Made by a program: the position numbers and the translations under genes. This document shows, one piece after another, positions 13,701 to 27,929 of a stretch of DNA of 64,000 nt. The number at the start of each line of letters is the position of its first letter. The stretch's first letter is position 1. Below the pieces are notes generated by a model. That model saw only the letters and a program-made list of their open reading frames with translations. It ran no database searches and had not been told where the DNA came from. The DNA is from Eledone cirrhosa (lineage: Eukaryota), in the NCBI GenBank assembly GCA_964016885.1, contig OZ024743.1, positions 236,592,001 to 236,656,000 of the forward strand, given 5' to 3'.

Positions 13701-16700
13701 GTCAATCTCCTATACTACTGGTTGTATTTTCCTTCAGTCAATCCCCTATACTACTGGTTGTATATTCCTTCAGTCAATCTCCTATACTACGGATTGTATG
13801 TTCCTTCAGTCAATCTCCTATACTACGGATTGTATGTTCCTTCAGTCAATCTCCTATACTACTGTTTGTATGTTCCTTCAGTCAAAATACTATACAACTG
13901 GTTGTATATTCCTTCAGTCAATCTCCTACACTACTAGTTGTATGTTCCTTCAGTCAATCTCCTATACTACAGGTTGTATATTCATTCAGTCAATCTCCTA
14001 TACTACTGGTTGTATGTTCCTTCAGTCAATCTCCTATACTACAGGTTGTATATTCCTTCAGTCAATCTCCTATACTACAGGTTGTATGTTCCTTCATTCA
14101 ATCTCCTATACTACAGGTTGTATATTCCTTCAGTCAATCTCCTATACTACAGGTTGTATGTTCCTTCAGTCAAACTCCTATACTACTGGTTGTATATGCC
14201 TTCACTCAATCTCCTATACTACTGGTTGTATATTCCTTCGGTCAATCTCCTATACTACAGGTTGTATATTCCTTCAGTTAATCTCCTATACTACGGGTTG
14301 TATATTCCTTCAGTCAATCTCCTATACTACAGGTTGTATGTTCCTTCAGTCAATCTCCTATAATATGGATTGTATGTTCCTGCAGTCAATCTCCTATACT
14401 ACTGGTTGTATGTTCCTTCAGTCAATCTCCTATACTACGGATTGTATGTTCCTTCAGTCAATCCCCAATACTACTGGTTGTATGTTCCTTCAGTCAATCT
14501 CCTATACAACTTGTTGTATATTCCTTCAGTCAATCTCCTATACTACTGGTTGTATGTTCCTTCAGTCAATCTCCTATACTACAGGTTGTATGTTCCTTCA
14601 GTCAATCTCCTATACTACGGGTTGTATGTTCCTTCAGTCAATCCCCTATACTTCGGGTTGTATATTCCTTCAGTCAATCTACTATACTACAGGTTGTATG
14701 TTCCTTTAGTCAATCTCCTATACTACTGGTTGTATGTTCCTTCAGTCAATCTCCTATACTACGGATTGTATGTTCCTTCAGTCAATCTCCTATACTACTG
14801 GTTGTATGTTCCTTCAGTCAATCTCCTATACTACTGGTTGAATGTTCCTTCAGTCAATCTCCTATACTACGGATTGTATGTTCCTTCAGTCAATCTCCTA
14901 TACTACTGGTTGTATGTTCCTTCGGTCAATCTCCTATGCTACTGGTTGTATGTTCCTTCAGTCAATCTCCTATACTACTGGTTGTATATTCCTTCAGTCA
15001 ATCTCCTATACTACTGGTTGTATGTTCCTTCAGTCAATCTCCTATACAACGGATTGTATGTTCCTTAAGTCAATCTCCTATACTACTGGTTGTATATTCC
15101 TTCAATCAATCTCCTATACTACTGGTTGTATGTTCCTTCAGTCAATCTCCTATACTACAGGTTGTATATTCCTTCAGTCAATCTCCTACACTACTAGTTG
15201 TATGTTCCTTCAGTCAATCTCCTATACTACAGGTTGTATATTCCTTCAGTTAATCTCCTATACTACGGGTTGTATGTTCCTTCAGTCAATCTCCTATACT
15301 ACAGGTTGTATGTTCCTTCAGTCAATCTCCTATACTACAGGTTGTATGTTCCTTCAGTCAATCTCCTATACTACAGGTTGTATGTTCCTTCAGTCAATCT
15401 CCTATACTACTGGTTGTATGTTCCTTCAGTCAATCTCCTATACTACGGATTGTATGTTCCTTCAGTCAATCCCCAATACTACTGGTTGTATGTTCCTTCA
15501 GTCAATCTCCTATACAACTGGTTGTATATTCCTTCAGTCAATCTCCTATACTACTGGTTGTATGTTCCTTCAGTCAATCTCCTATACTACAGGTTGTATG
15601 TTCCTTCAGTCAATCTCCTATACTACGGGTTGTATGTTCCTTCAGTCAATCCCCTATACTACTGGTTGTATATTCCTTCATTCAATCTCCTATACTACAG
15701 GTTGTATGTTCCTTCAACCAATCGCCTATATTACTAGGTGTATGTTCCTTCAGTCAATCTCCTATACTACGGATTGTATGTTCCTTCAGTCAATCTCCTA
15801 TACTACTGGTTGTATGTTCCTTCAGTCAATCTCTTATACTACGGATTGTATGTTCCTTCAGTCAATCCCCTATACTACTGATTGTATGTTCCTTCAGTCA
15901 ATCTCCTATACTACTGGTTGTATGTTCCTTCAGTCAATCTCCTATACTACGGGTTGTATGTTCCTTCAGTCAATCTCCTATACTACAGGTTGTATGTTCC
16001 TTCAGTCAATCTCCTATACTACAGGTTGTATGTTCCTTCAGTCAATCTCCTATACTACATGTTGTATGTTCCTTCAGTCAATCTCCTATACTACTGGTTG
16101 TATGTTCCTTCAGTCAATCTCCTATACTACGGATTGTATATTCCTTCAGTCAATCTCCTTCTCTACTAGTTGTATGTTCCTTCAGTCAATCTCCTATACT
16201 ACAGGTTGTATATTCCTTCAGTCAATCTCCTATACTACTGGTTGTATGATCCTTCAGTCAATCTCCTATACTACATTTTGTATATTCCTTCAGTCAATCT
16301 CCTATACTACAGGTTGTATGTTCCTTCAGTCAATCTCCTATACTAAATGTTGTATATTCCTTCAGTCAATCTCCTATACTACAGGTTGTATGTTCGTTCA
16401 GTCAATCTTCTATACTACTGGTTGTATATTCCTTCAGTCAATCTCCTATACTACTGGTTGTATATTCCTTCAGTCAATCTCCTATACTACAGGTTGTATA
16501 TTCCTCCAGTTAATCTCCTATACTACGGGTTGTATATTCCTTCAGTCAATCTCCTATACTACGGATTGTATGTTCCTGCAGTCAATCTCCTATACTACTG
16601 GTTGTATGTTCCTTCAGTCAATCTCTTATACTACGGGTTGTATGTTCCTTCAGTCAATCTCCTATACTACAGGTTGTATGTTCCTTCAGTCAATCTCCTA

Positions 16701-17340
16701 TACTACAGGTTGTATGTTCCTTCAGTCAATCTCCTGTACTACAGGTTGTATGTTCCTTCAGTCAATCTCCTATACAACTGGTTTTATGTTCCTTCAGTCA
16801 ATCTCCTATACTACGGATTGCATGTTCCTTCAGTCAATCCCCAATACTACTGGTTGTATGTTCCTTCAGTCAATCTCCTATACAACTGGTTGTATATTCC
16901 TTCAGTCAATCTCCTATACTACTGGTTGTATGTTCCTTCAGTCAATCTCCTATACTACAGGGTGTATGTTCCTTCAGTCAATCTCCTATACTACGGGTTG
17001 TATGTTCCTTCAGTCAATCCCCTATACTACTGGTTGTATGTTCCTTCAGTCAATCTCCTATACTACTGGTTGTATGTTCCTTCAGACAATCTCCTATACA
17101 ACTGGTTGTATATTCCTTCAGTCAATCTCCTATACTACTGGTTGTATTTTCCTTCAGTCAATCCCCTATACTACTGGTTGTATATTCCTTCAGTCAATCT
17201 CCTATACTACGGATTGTATGTTCCTTCAGTCAATCTCCTATACTACGGATTGTATGTTCCTTCAGTCAATCTCCTATACTACTGTTTGTATGTTCCTTCA
17301 GTCAAAATACTATACAACTGGTTGTATATTCCTTCAGTCA
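9890..17340. repeat. Tandem higher-order duplication, offset 4032 bp (112 monomers)
   Basis: Private variants repeat at exactly +4032: CAACCAATCGCCTATATTACTAGG (about 11683/15715), CTAAATGTTG (12311/16343), CCTCCAGTTA (12471/16503). ORF pairs 9906/13938, 10338/14370, 10810/14842 and 12315/16347 all differ by 4032. Confidence 0.93.
12390..13720. repeat. Nested tandem duplication of 648 bp (18 monomers)
   Basis: CCTCCAGTTA at 12471/13119, AGGGTGTATG at 12891/13539 and CAGACA at 13015/13663, all offset by 648. Confidence 0.92.
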
Positions 17341-20300
17341 ATCTCCTATACTACTGGTTGTATGTTCCTTCAGTCTATCTCCTATACTACGGATTGTATG
17401 TTCCTTCAGTCAATCTCCTATACTACTGGTTGTATGTTCCTTCAGTCAATCTCCTATACTACTGGTTGTATATTCCTTCAGTCAATCTCCTATACTACTG
17501 GTTGTATATTCCTTCAGTCAATCTCCTATACTACAGGTTGTATATTCCTTCAGTTAATCTCCTATACTACGGCTTGTATATTCCTTCAGTCAATCTCCTA
17601 TACTACTGGTTGTATGTTCCTTCAGTCAATCTCCTATACTACAGGTTGTATGTTCCTTCAGTCAATCTCCTATACCACAGGTTGTATGTTCCTTCAGTTA
17701 ATCTCCTATACTACAGGATGTAGGTTCCTTCAGTCAATCTCCTATACTACGGGTTGTATGTTCCTTCAGTCAATCTCCTATACTACAGGTTGTATATTCC
17801 TTCAGGCAATCTCCTATACTACTGGTTGTATGTTCCTTCAGTCAATCTCCTATACTACTGGTTGTATGTTCCTTCAGTCAATCTCCTATACTACACGTTC
17901 TATGTTCCTTCAGTCAATCTCCTATACTACTGGTTGTATGTTCCTTCAGTCAATCTCCTATACTACGGGTTGTATGTTCCTTCAGTCAATCTCCTATACT
18001 ACGGTTTGTATATTCCTTCAGTCAATCTCCTATACTACTGGTTGTATATTCCTTCAGTCAATCTCCTATACTACGGGTTGTATGTTCCTTCAGTCAATCT
18101 CCTATACTACAGGTTGTATGTTCCTTCAGTCAATCTCCTATACTACAGGTTGTATGTTCCTTCAGTCAATCTCCTATACTACGGGTTTTATGTTCCTTCA
18201 GTCAATCTCCTATACTACTGGTTGTATATTCCTTCAGTCAATCTCCTATACTACAGGTTGTATATTCCTTCAGTTTATCTCCTATACTACAGGTTGTATG
18301 TTCCTTCAGTCAATCTTCTATACTACTGGTTGTATATTCCTTCAGGCAATCTCCTATACTACTGGTTGTATATTCCTTCAGTCAATCTCCTATACTACTG
18401 GTTGTATTTTCCTTCAGTCAATCCCCTATACTACTGGTTGTATATTCCTTCAGTCAATCTCCTATACTACAGGTTGTATGTTCCTTCAGTCAATCTCCTA
18501 TACAACTGGTTGTATGTTCCTTCAGTCAATCTCCTATACTACGGATTGCATGTTCCTTCAGTCAATCTCTTATACTACGGGTTGTATGTTCCTTCAGTCA
18601 ATCTCCTATACTACAGGTTGTATGTTCCTTCAGTCAATCTCCTATACTACAGGTTGTATGTTCCTTCAGTCAATCTCCTATACTACAGGTTGTATGTTCC
18701 TTCAGTCAATCTCCTATACAACTGGTTGTGTGTTCCTTCAGTCAATCTCCTATACTACGGATTGCATGTTCCTTCAGTCAATCCCCAATACTACTGGTTG
18801 TATGTTCCTCAGTCAATCTCCTATACAACTGGTTGTATATTCCTTCAGTCAATCTCCTATACTACTGGCTGTATGTTCCTTCAGTCAATCTCCTATACTA
18901 CGGGTTGTATGTTCCTTCAGTCAATCTCCTATACTACGGGTTGTATGTTCCTTCAGTCAATCTCCTATACTACAGGTTGTATGTTCCTTCAGTCAATATC
19001 CTATACTACAGGTTGTATGTTCCTTCAGTCAATCTCCTATACTACAGGTTGTATGTTCCTTCAGTCAATCTCCTATACTACTGGTTGTATGTTCCTTCAG
19101 TCAATCTCCTATACTACGGGTTGTATGTTCCTTCAGTCAATCTCCTATACCACAGGTTGTATGTTCCTTCAGTTAATCTCCTATACTACAGGTTGTAGGT
19201 TCCTTCAGTCAATCTTCTATACTACGGGTTGTATGTTCCTTCAGTCAATCTCCTATACTACAGGTTGTATATTCCTTCAGGCAATCTCCTATACTACTGG
19301 TTGTATGTTCCTTCAGTCAATCTCCTATACTACTGGTTGTATGTTCCATCAGTCAATCTCCTATACTATAGGTTCTATGTTCCTTCAGTCAATCTCCTAT
19401 ACTACTGGTTGTATGTTCCTTCAGTCAATCTCCTATACTACGGGTTGTATGTTCCTTCAGTCAATCTCCTATACTACGGGTTGTATATTCCTTCAGTCAA
19501 TCTCCTATACTACTGGTTGTATATTCCTTCAGTCAATCTCCTATACTACGGGTTGTATGTTCCTTCAGTCAATCTCCTATACTACAGGTTGTATGTTCCT
19601 TCAGTCAATCTCCTACACTACAGGTTGTATGTTCCTTCAGTCAATCTCCTATACTACTGGTTTTATGTTCCTTCAGTCAATCTCCTATACTACTGGTTGT
19701 ATATTCCTTCAGTCAATCTCCTATACTACAGGTTGTATATTCCTTCAGTTAATCTCCTATACTACAGGTTGTATGTTCCTTCAGTCAATCTCCTATACTA
19801 CAGGTTGTATGTTCCTTCAATCAATCTTCTATACTACAGGTTGTATGTTCCTTCAGTCAATCTCCTATACTACTGGTTGTATGTTCCTTCAGTCAATCTC
19901 CTATACTACAGGTTGTTTGTTCCTTCAGTCAATCTCCTATACTACAGGTTGTATGTTCCTTCAGTCAATCTCCTATCCTACGGATTGTATGTTCCTTCAG
20001 TCAATCTCCTATACTACGGATTGTATGTTCTTTCAGTTAATCTCCTATACTACTGGTTGTATGTTCCTTCAGTTAATCTCCTATACTACTGGTTGTATGT
20101 TCCTTCAGTCAATCTCCTATACTACAGGTTGTATATTCCTTCAGTCAATCTCCTATACTACAGATTGTATATTCTTTCAGTTAATCTCCTATACTACAGG
20201 TTGTATATTCCTTCAGTTAATCTCCTATACTACGGATTGTATATTCCTTCAGTTAATCTCCTATACTACTGGTTGTATATTCCTTCAGTCAATCTCCTAT

Positions 20301-20999
20301 ACTACGGATTGTACATTCCTTCAGTCAATCTCCTATACTACGGATTGTATATTCCTTCAATTAATCTCCTATACTATTTGTTGTATGTTCCTTCAGTCAA
20401 TCTCCTATACTACAGGTTGTATTTACCTTCAGTCAATCTCCTATACTACAGGTTGTATGTTCCTTCAGTCAATCTCCTATACTACAGGTTGTATATTCCT
20501 TCAGTCAATCTCCTATACTACAGGTTGTATGTTCCTTCAGTTAATCTCCTATACTACGGGTTGTATGTTCCTTCAGACAACTCCTATACTACAGGTTGTA
20601 TGTTCCTTCAGTCAATCCCCTATACTACGGGTTTTATGTTCCTTCAGTCAATCTCCTATAGTACTGGTTGTATGTTCCTTCAGTCAATCTCCTATACTAC
20701 AGGTTGTATGTTCCTACAGTCAATCTCCTATACTACTGGTTGTATGTTCCTTCAGTCAATCTCCTATACTGCTGGTTGTATGTTCCTTCAGTCAATCTCC
20801 TATACTACTGGTTCTATGTTCCTTCAGTCAATCTCCTATACTACGGGTTGTATATTCCTTCAGTCAATCTCCTATACTACTGGTTGTATATTCCTTCAGT
20901 CAATCTCCTATACTACGGGTTGTATATTCCTTCAGTCAATCTCATATACTACTGGTTGTATGTTCCTTCAGTCAATCTCCTATACTACGGGTTGTATGT

Positions 21000-23900
21000 T
21001 CCTTCAGTCAATCTCCTATACTACGGATTGTATATTCCTTCAGTCAATCTCCTATACTACAGGTTGTATGTTCCTTCAGTCAATCTCCTATACTACTGGT
21101 TGTATGTTCCTTCAGTCAATCTCCTATACTACGGATTGTATGTTCCTTCAGTCAATCTCCTATACCACTGGTTGTATGTTCCTTCAGTCAATCTCCTATA
21201 CTACGGATTGTATGTTCCTTCAGTCAATCTCCTATACTACAGGTTGTATGTTCCTTTAGTCAATCTCCTATACTACTGGTGGAATATTCCTTCAGTCAAT
21301 CTCCTATACTACTGTTTCTATGTTCCTTCAGTCAATCTATACTACGATTGTATATTCCTTCATTCAATCTCCTATACTACGGATTGTATGTTCCTTCAGT
21401 CAATCTCCTATACTACAGGTTGTATGTTCCTTCAGTCAATTTCCTATACTACAGGTTGTATGTTCCTTTAGTCAATCTCCTATACTACTGGTTGTATGTT
21501 CCATCTGTCAATCTCCTATACTACAGGTTGTATATTCCTTCAGTCAATCTCCTATACTACAGGTTGTATGTTCCTTCAGTCAATCTCCTATACTACGGAT
21601 TGTATATTCCTTCAGTCAATCTCCTATACTACTGGTTGTATGTTCCTTCAGTCAATCTCCTATATACGGATTGTATATTCCTTCAGTCAATCTCCTATAC
21701 TACTGGTTGTATGTTCCTTCAGGCAATCTCCTATACTACAGATTGTATATTCCTTCAGTCAATCTCCTATACTACAGGTTGTATATTACTTCAGTCAATC
21801 TCCTATACTACGGATTGTATGTTCCTTCAGTCAATCTCCTATACTACTGGTTGTATGTTCCTTCAGGCAATCTCCTATACTACTGGTTGTATATTCCTTC
21901 AGTCAATCTCCTATACTACGGATTGTATATTCCTTCAGTCAATTCTCCTATACTACTGGTTGTATATTCCTTCAGTCAATCTCCTATACTACGGATCGTA
22001 TATCCCTTCAGTCAATCTCCTATACTACTGGTTGTATGTTCCTTCAGTCAATCTCCTATACTACAGAGTGTATGTTCCTTCAGTCAATCTCCTATACTAC
22101 AGGTTGTATGTTCCTTCAGTCAATCTCCTATACTACGGGTTGTATGTTCCTTCAGTTAATCTCCTATACTAAAGGTTGTATGTTCCTTCAGTCAATCTCC
22201 TATACTACTGGTTGTATGTTCCTTCAGTTAATCTCCTATACTACAGGTTGTATGTTCCTTCAGTCAATCTCCTATACTACTGGTTGTATGTTCCTTCAGT
22301 CAATCTCCTATACTACGGATTGTATATTCCTTCAGTCAATCTCCTATACTACAGGTTGTATGTTCCTTCAGTCAATCTCCTATACTACTGGTTGTATGTT
22401 CCTTCAGGCAATCTCCTCTACTACGGATTGTATGTTCCTTCAGTCAATCTCCTATACTACTGTTGTATGTTCCTTCCGTCAATCTCCTATACTACGGATT
22501 GTATGTTCCTTCAGTCAATCTCCTATACTACAGGTTCTATGTTCCGTCAGTCAATCTCCAATACTACTGGTTGTATGTTCCTTCAGTCAATCTCCTATAC
22601 TACTGTTTCTATGTTCCTTCAGTCAATCTCCTATACTACGGATTGTATATTCCTTCAGTCAATCTCCTATACTACGGATTGTATGTTCCTTCAGTCAATC
22701 TCCTATACTACAGGTTGTATGTTCCTTCAGTCAATCTCCTATACTACAGGTTGTATGTTCCTTTAGTAAATCTCCTATACTACTGGTTGTATGTTCCTTC
22801 AGTCAATCTCCTATACTACAGGTTGTATGTTCCTTCAGTCAATCTCCTATACTACAGGTTGTATGTTCCTTCAGTCAATCTCCTATACTACAGGTTGTAT
22901 GTTCCTTCAGTCAATCTCCTATACTACGGATTGTATATTCCTTCAGTCAATCTCCTATACTACAGGTTGTATGTTCCTTCAGTCAATCTCCTATACTACT
23001 GGTTGTATGTTCCTTCAGTCAATCTCCTATACTACGGATTGTATGTTCCTTCAGTCAATCTCCTATACCACTGGTTGTATGTTCCTTCAGTCAATCTCCT
23101 ATACTACGGATTGTATGATCCTTCAGTCAATCTCCTATACTACAGGTTGTATGTTCCTTTAGTCAATCTCCTATACTACTGGTGGAATGTTCCTTCAGTC
23201 AATCTCCTATACTACTGTTTCTATGTTCCTTCAGTCAATCTATACTACGATTGTATATTCCTTCAGTCAATCTCCTATACTACGGATTGTATGTTCCTTC
23301 AGTCAATCTCCTATACTACAGGTTGTATGTTCCTTCAGTCAATTTCCTATACTACAGGTTGTATGTTCCTTTAGTCAATCTCCTATACTACTGGTTGTAT
23401 GTTCCATCAGTCAATCTCCTATACTACAGGTTGTATATTCCTTCAGTCAATCTCCTATAATACAGGTTGTATGTTCCTTCAGTCAATCTCCTATACTACG
23501 GATTGTATATTCCTTCAGTCAATCTCCTATACTACTGGTTGTATGTTCCTTCAGTCAATCTCCTATATACGGATTGTATGTTCCTTCAGTCAATCTCCTA
23601 TACTACTGGTTGTATGTTCCTTCAGTCAATCTCCTATACTACAGATTGTATCTTCCTTCAGTCAATCTCCTATACTACAGGTTGTATATTACTTCAGTCA
23701 ATCTCCTATACTACGGATTGTATGTTCCTTCAGTCAATCTCCTATACTACTGGTTGTATGTTCCTTCAGGCAATCTCCTATACTACTGGTTGTATATTCC
23801 TTCAGTCAATCTCCTATACTACGGATTGTATATTCCTTCAGTCAATTCTCCTATACTACTGGTTGTATATTCCTTCAGTCAATCTCCTATGCTACGGATC

Positions 23901-24560
23901 GTATATCCCTTCAGTCAATCTCCTATACTACTGGTTGTATGTTCCTTCAGTCAATCTCCTATACTACAGAGTGTATGTTCCTTCAGTCAATCTCCTATAC
24001 TACAGGTTGTATGTTCCTTCAGTCAATCTCCTATACTACGGGTTGTATGTTCCTTCAGTTAATCTCCTATACTAAAGGTTGTATGTTCCTTCAGTCAATC
24101 TCCTATACTACTGGTTGTATGTTCCTTCAGTTAATCTCCTATACTACAGGTTGTATGTTCCTTCAGTCAATCTCCTATACTACTGGTTGTATGTTCCTTC
24201 AGTCAATCTCCTATACTACGGATTGTATATTCCTTCAGTCAATCTCCTATACTACAGGTTGTATGTTCCTTCAGTCAATCTCCTATACTACTGGTTGTAT
24301 GTTCCTTCAGGCAATCTCCTCTACTACGGATTGTATGTTCCTTCAGTCAATCTCCTATACTACTGTTGTATGTTCCTTCCGTCAATCTCCTATACTACGG
24401 ATTGTATGTTCCTTCAGTCAATCTCCTATACTACAGGTTCTATGTTCCGTCAGTCAATCTCCAATACTACTGGTTGTATGTTCCTTCAGTCAATCTCCTA
24501 TACTACTGTTTCTATGTTCCTTCAGTCAATCTCCTATACTACGGATTGTATATTCCTTCA
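21000..24560. repeat. Tandem higher-order duplication, offset 1903 bp (53 monomers minus 5 bp of indels)
   Basis: The shortened monomer GTCAATCTATACTACGATTG is at 21331 and 23234. ORF pairs 21496/23399, 22176/24079 and 22463/24366 all differ by 1903 = 53x36-5, matching net indels of -4, -1, +1, -1. Confidence 0.92.
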
Positions 24561-26009
24561 GTCAATCTCCTATACTACTGGTTGTATGTTCCTTCAGTCA
24601 ATCTCCTATACTACGGATTGTATATTCCTTCAGTCAATCTCCTATACTACAGGTTGTATGTTCCTTCAGTCAATCTCCTATACTACTGGTTGTATGTTCC
24701 TTCAGTCAATCTCCTATACTACAGGTTGTATGTTCCTTCAGTCAATCTCCAATACTACAGGTTGTATGTTCCTTCAGTCAATCTCCTATACTACGGATTG
24801 TATGTTCCTTCAGTCAATCTCCTATACTACGGATTGTATGTTCTTTCAGTTAATCTCCTATACTACTGGTTGTATGTTCCTTCAGTTAATCTCCTATACT
24901 ACTGGTTGTATGTTCCTTCAGTCAAACTCCTATACTACAGGTTGTATATTCCTTCAGTCAATCTCCTATACTACAGGTTGTATATTCTTTCAGTTAATCT
25001 CCTATACTACAGGTTGTATATTCCTTCAGTTAATCTCCTATACTACGGATTGTATATTCCTTCAGTTAATCTCCTATACTACTGGTTGTATATTCCTTCA
25101 GTCAATCTCCTATACTACGGATTGTATATTCCTTCAGTCAATCTCCTATACTACGGATTGTATATTCCTTCAATTAATCTCCTATACTATTTGTTGTATG
25201 TTCCTTCAGTCAATCTCCTATACTACAGGTTGTATTTACCTTCAGTCAATCTCCTATACTACAGGTTGTATGTTCGTTCAGTCAATCTCCTATACTACTG
25301 GTTGTATATTCCTTCAGTCAATCTCCTATACTACTGGTTGTATATTCCTTCAGTCAATCTCCTATACTACAGGTTGTATATTCCTTCAGTCAATCTCCTA
25401 TACTACGGGTTGTATATTCCTTCAGTCAATCTCCTATACCACGGATTGTATGTTCCTGCAGTCAATCTCCTATACTACTGGTTGTATGTTCCTTCAGTCA
25501 ATCTCTTATACTACGGGTTGTATGTTCCTTCAGTCAATCTCCTATACTACAGGTTGTATGTTCCTTCAGTCAATCTCCTATACTACAGGTTGTATGTTCC
25601 TTCAGTCAATCTCCTATACTACAGGTTGTATGTTCCTTCAGTCAATCTCCTATACAACTGGTTGTATGTTCCTTCAGTCAATCTCCTATACTACGGATTG
25701 CATGTTCCTTCAGTCAATCCCCAATACTACTGGTTGTATGTTCCTTCAGTCAATCTCCTATACAACTGGTTGTATATTCCTTCAGTCAATCTCCTATACT
25801 ACTGGTTGTATGTTCCTTCAGTCAATCTCCTATACTACAGGTTGTATGTTCCTTCAGTCAATCTCCTATACTACGGGTTGTATGTTCCTTCAGTCAATCC
25901 CCTATACTACTGGTTGTATGTTCCTTCAGTCAATCTCCTATACTACTGGTTGTATGTTCCTTCAGACAATCTCCTATACAACTGGTTGTATATTCCTTCA
26001 GTCAATCTC

Positions 26010-27020
26010 CTATACTACTGGTTGTATTTTCCTTCAGTCAATCCCCTATACTACTGGTTGTATATTCCTTCAGTCAATCTCCTATACTACGCATTGTATG
26101 TTCCTTCAGTCAATCTCCTATACTACGGATTGTATGTTCCTTCAGTCAATCTCCTATACTACTGGTTGTATGTTCCTTCAGTCAAACTCCTATACAACTG
26201 GTTGTATATTCCTTCAGTCAATCTCCTATACTACTGGTTGTATGTTCCTTCAGTCTATCTCCTATACTACGGATTGTATGTTCCTTCAGTCAATCTCCTA
26301 TACTACTGGTTGTATGTTCCTTCAGTCAATCTCCTATACTACTGGTTGTATATTCCTTCAGTCAATCTCCTATACTACTGGTTGTATATTCCTTCAGTCA
26401 ATCTCCTATACTACAGGTTGTATATTCCTTCAGTTAATCTCCTATACTACAAGTTGTATATTCCTTCAGTTAATCTCCTATACTACAGGTTGTAGGTTCC
26501 TTCAGTCAATCTCCTATACTACTGGTTGTATTTTCCTTCAGTCAATCCCCTATACTACTGGTTGTATATTCCTTCAGTCAATCTCCTATACTACGCATTG
26601 TATGTTCCTTCAGTCAATCTCCTATACTACGGATTGTATGTTCCTTCAGTCAATCTCCTATACTACTGGTTGTATGTTCCTTCAGTCAAACTCCTATACA
26701 ACTGGTTGTATATTCCTTCAGTCAATCTCCTATACTACTGGTTGTATGTTCCTTCAGTCTATCTCCTGTACTACGGATTGTATGTTCCTTCAGTCAATCT
26801 CCTATACTACTGGTTGTATGTTCCTTCAGTCAATCTCCTATACTACTGGTTGTATATTCCTTCAGTCAATCTCCTATACTACTGGTTGTATATTCCTTCA
26901 GTCAATCTCCTATACTACAGGTTGTATATTCCTTCAGTTAATCTCCTATACTACAGGTTGTATATTCCTTCAGTTAATCTCCTATACTACAGGTTGTAGG
27001 TTCCTTCAGTCAATCTCCTA
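26010..27020. repeat. Tandem duplication of 504 bp (14 monomers)
   Basis: The ACGCATTG variant (GCATTG at 26091 and 26595) and the TGTAGG variants (ORF ends 26495/26999) are both offset by 504. Confidence 0.88.
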
Positions 27021-27929
27021 TACTACGGGTTGTATGTTCCTTCAGTCAATCTCCTATACTACAGGTTGTATATTCCTTCAGGCAATTTCCTATACTACTG
27101 GTTGTATGTTCCTTCAGTCAATCTCCTATACTACTGGTTGTATGTTCCTTCAGTCAATCTCCTATACTACAGGTTCTATGTTCCTTCAGTCAATCTCCTA
27201 TACTACTGGTTGTATGTTCCTTCAGTCAATCTCCTATACTACGGGTTGTATGTTCCTTCAGTCAATCTCCTATACTACGGGTTGTATATTCCTTCAGTCA
27301 ATCTCCTATACTACTGGTTGTATATTCCTTCAGTCAATCTCCTATACTACGGGTTGTATGTTCCTTCAGTCAATCTCCTATACTACAGGTTGTATGTTCC
27401 TTCAGTCAATCTCCTATACTACAGGTTGTATGTTCCTTCAGTCAATCTCCTATACTACTGGTTGTATGTTCCTTCAGTCAATCTCCTATACTACAGGTTG
27501 TATGTTCCTTCAGTCAATCTCCTATACTACGGATTGTATGTTCCTTCAGTCAATCTCCTATACTACGGATTGTATGTTCTTTCAGTTAATCTCCTATACT
27601 ACTGGTTGTATGTTCCTTCAGTTAATCTCTTATACTACTGGTTGTATGTTCCTTCAGTCAATCTCCTATACTACAGGTTGTATATTCCTTCAGTCAATCT
27701 CCTATACTACAGGTTGTATATTCTTTCAGTTAATCTCCTATACTACAGGTTGTATATTCCTTCAGTTAATCTCCTATACTACGGATTGTATATTCCTTCA
27801 GTTAATCTCCTATACTACTGGTTGTATATTCCTTCAGTCAATCTCCTATACTACGGATTGTATATTACTTCAATTAATCTCCTATACTATTTGTTATATG
27901 TTCCTTCAGTCAATCTCCTATACTACTGG

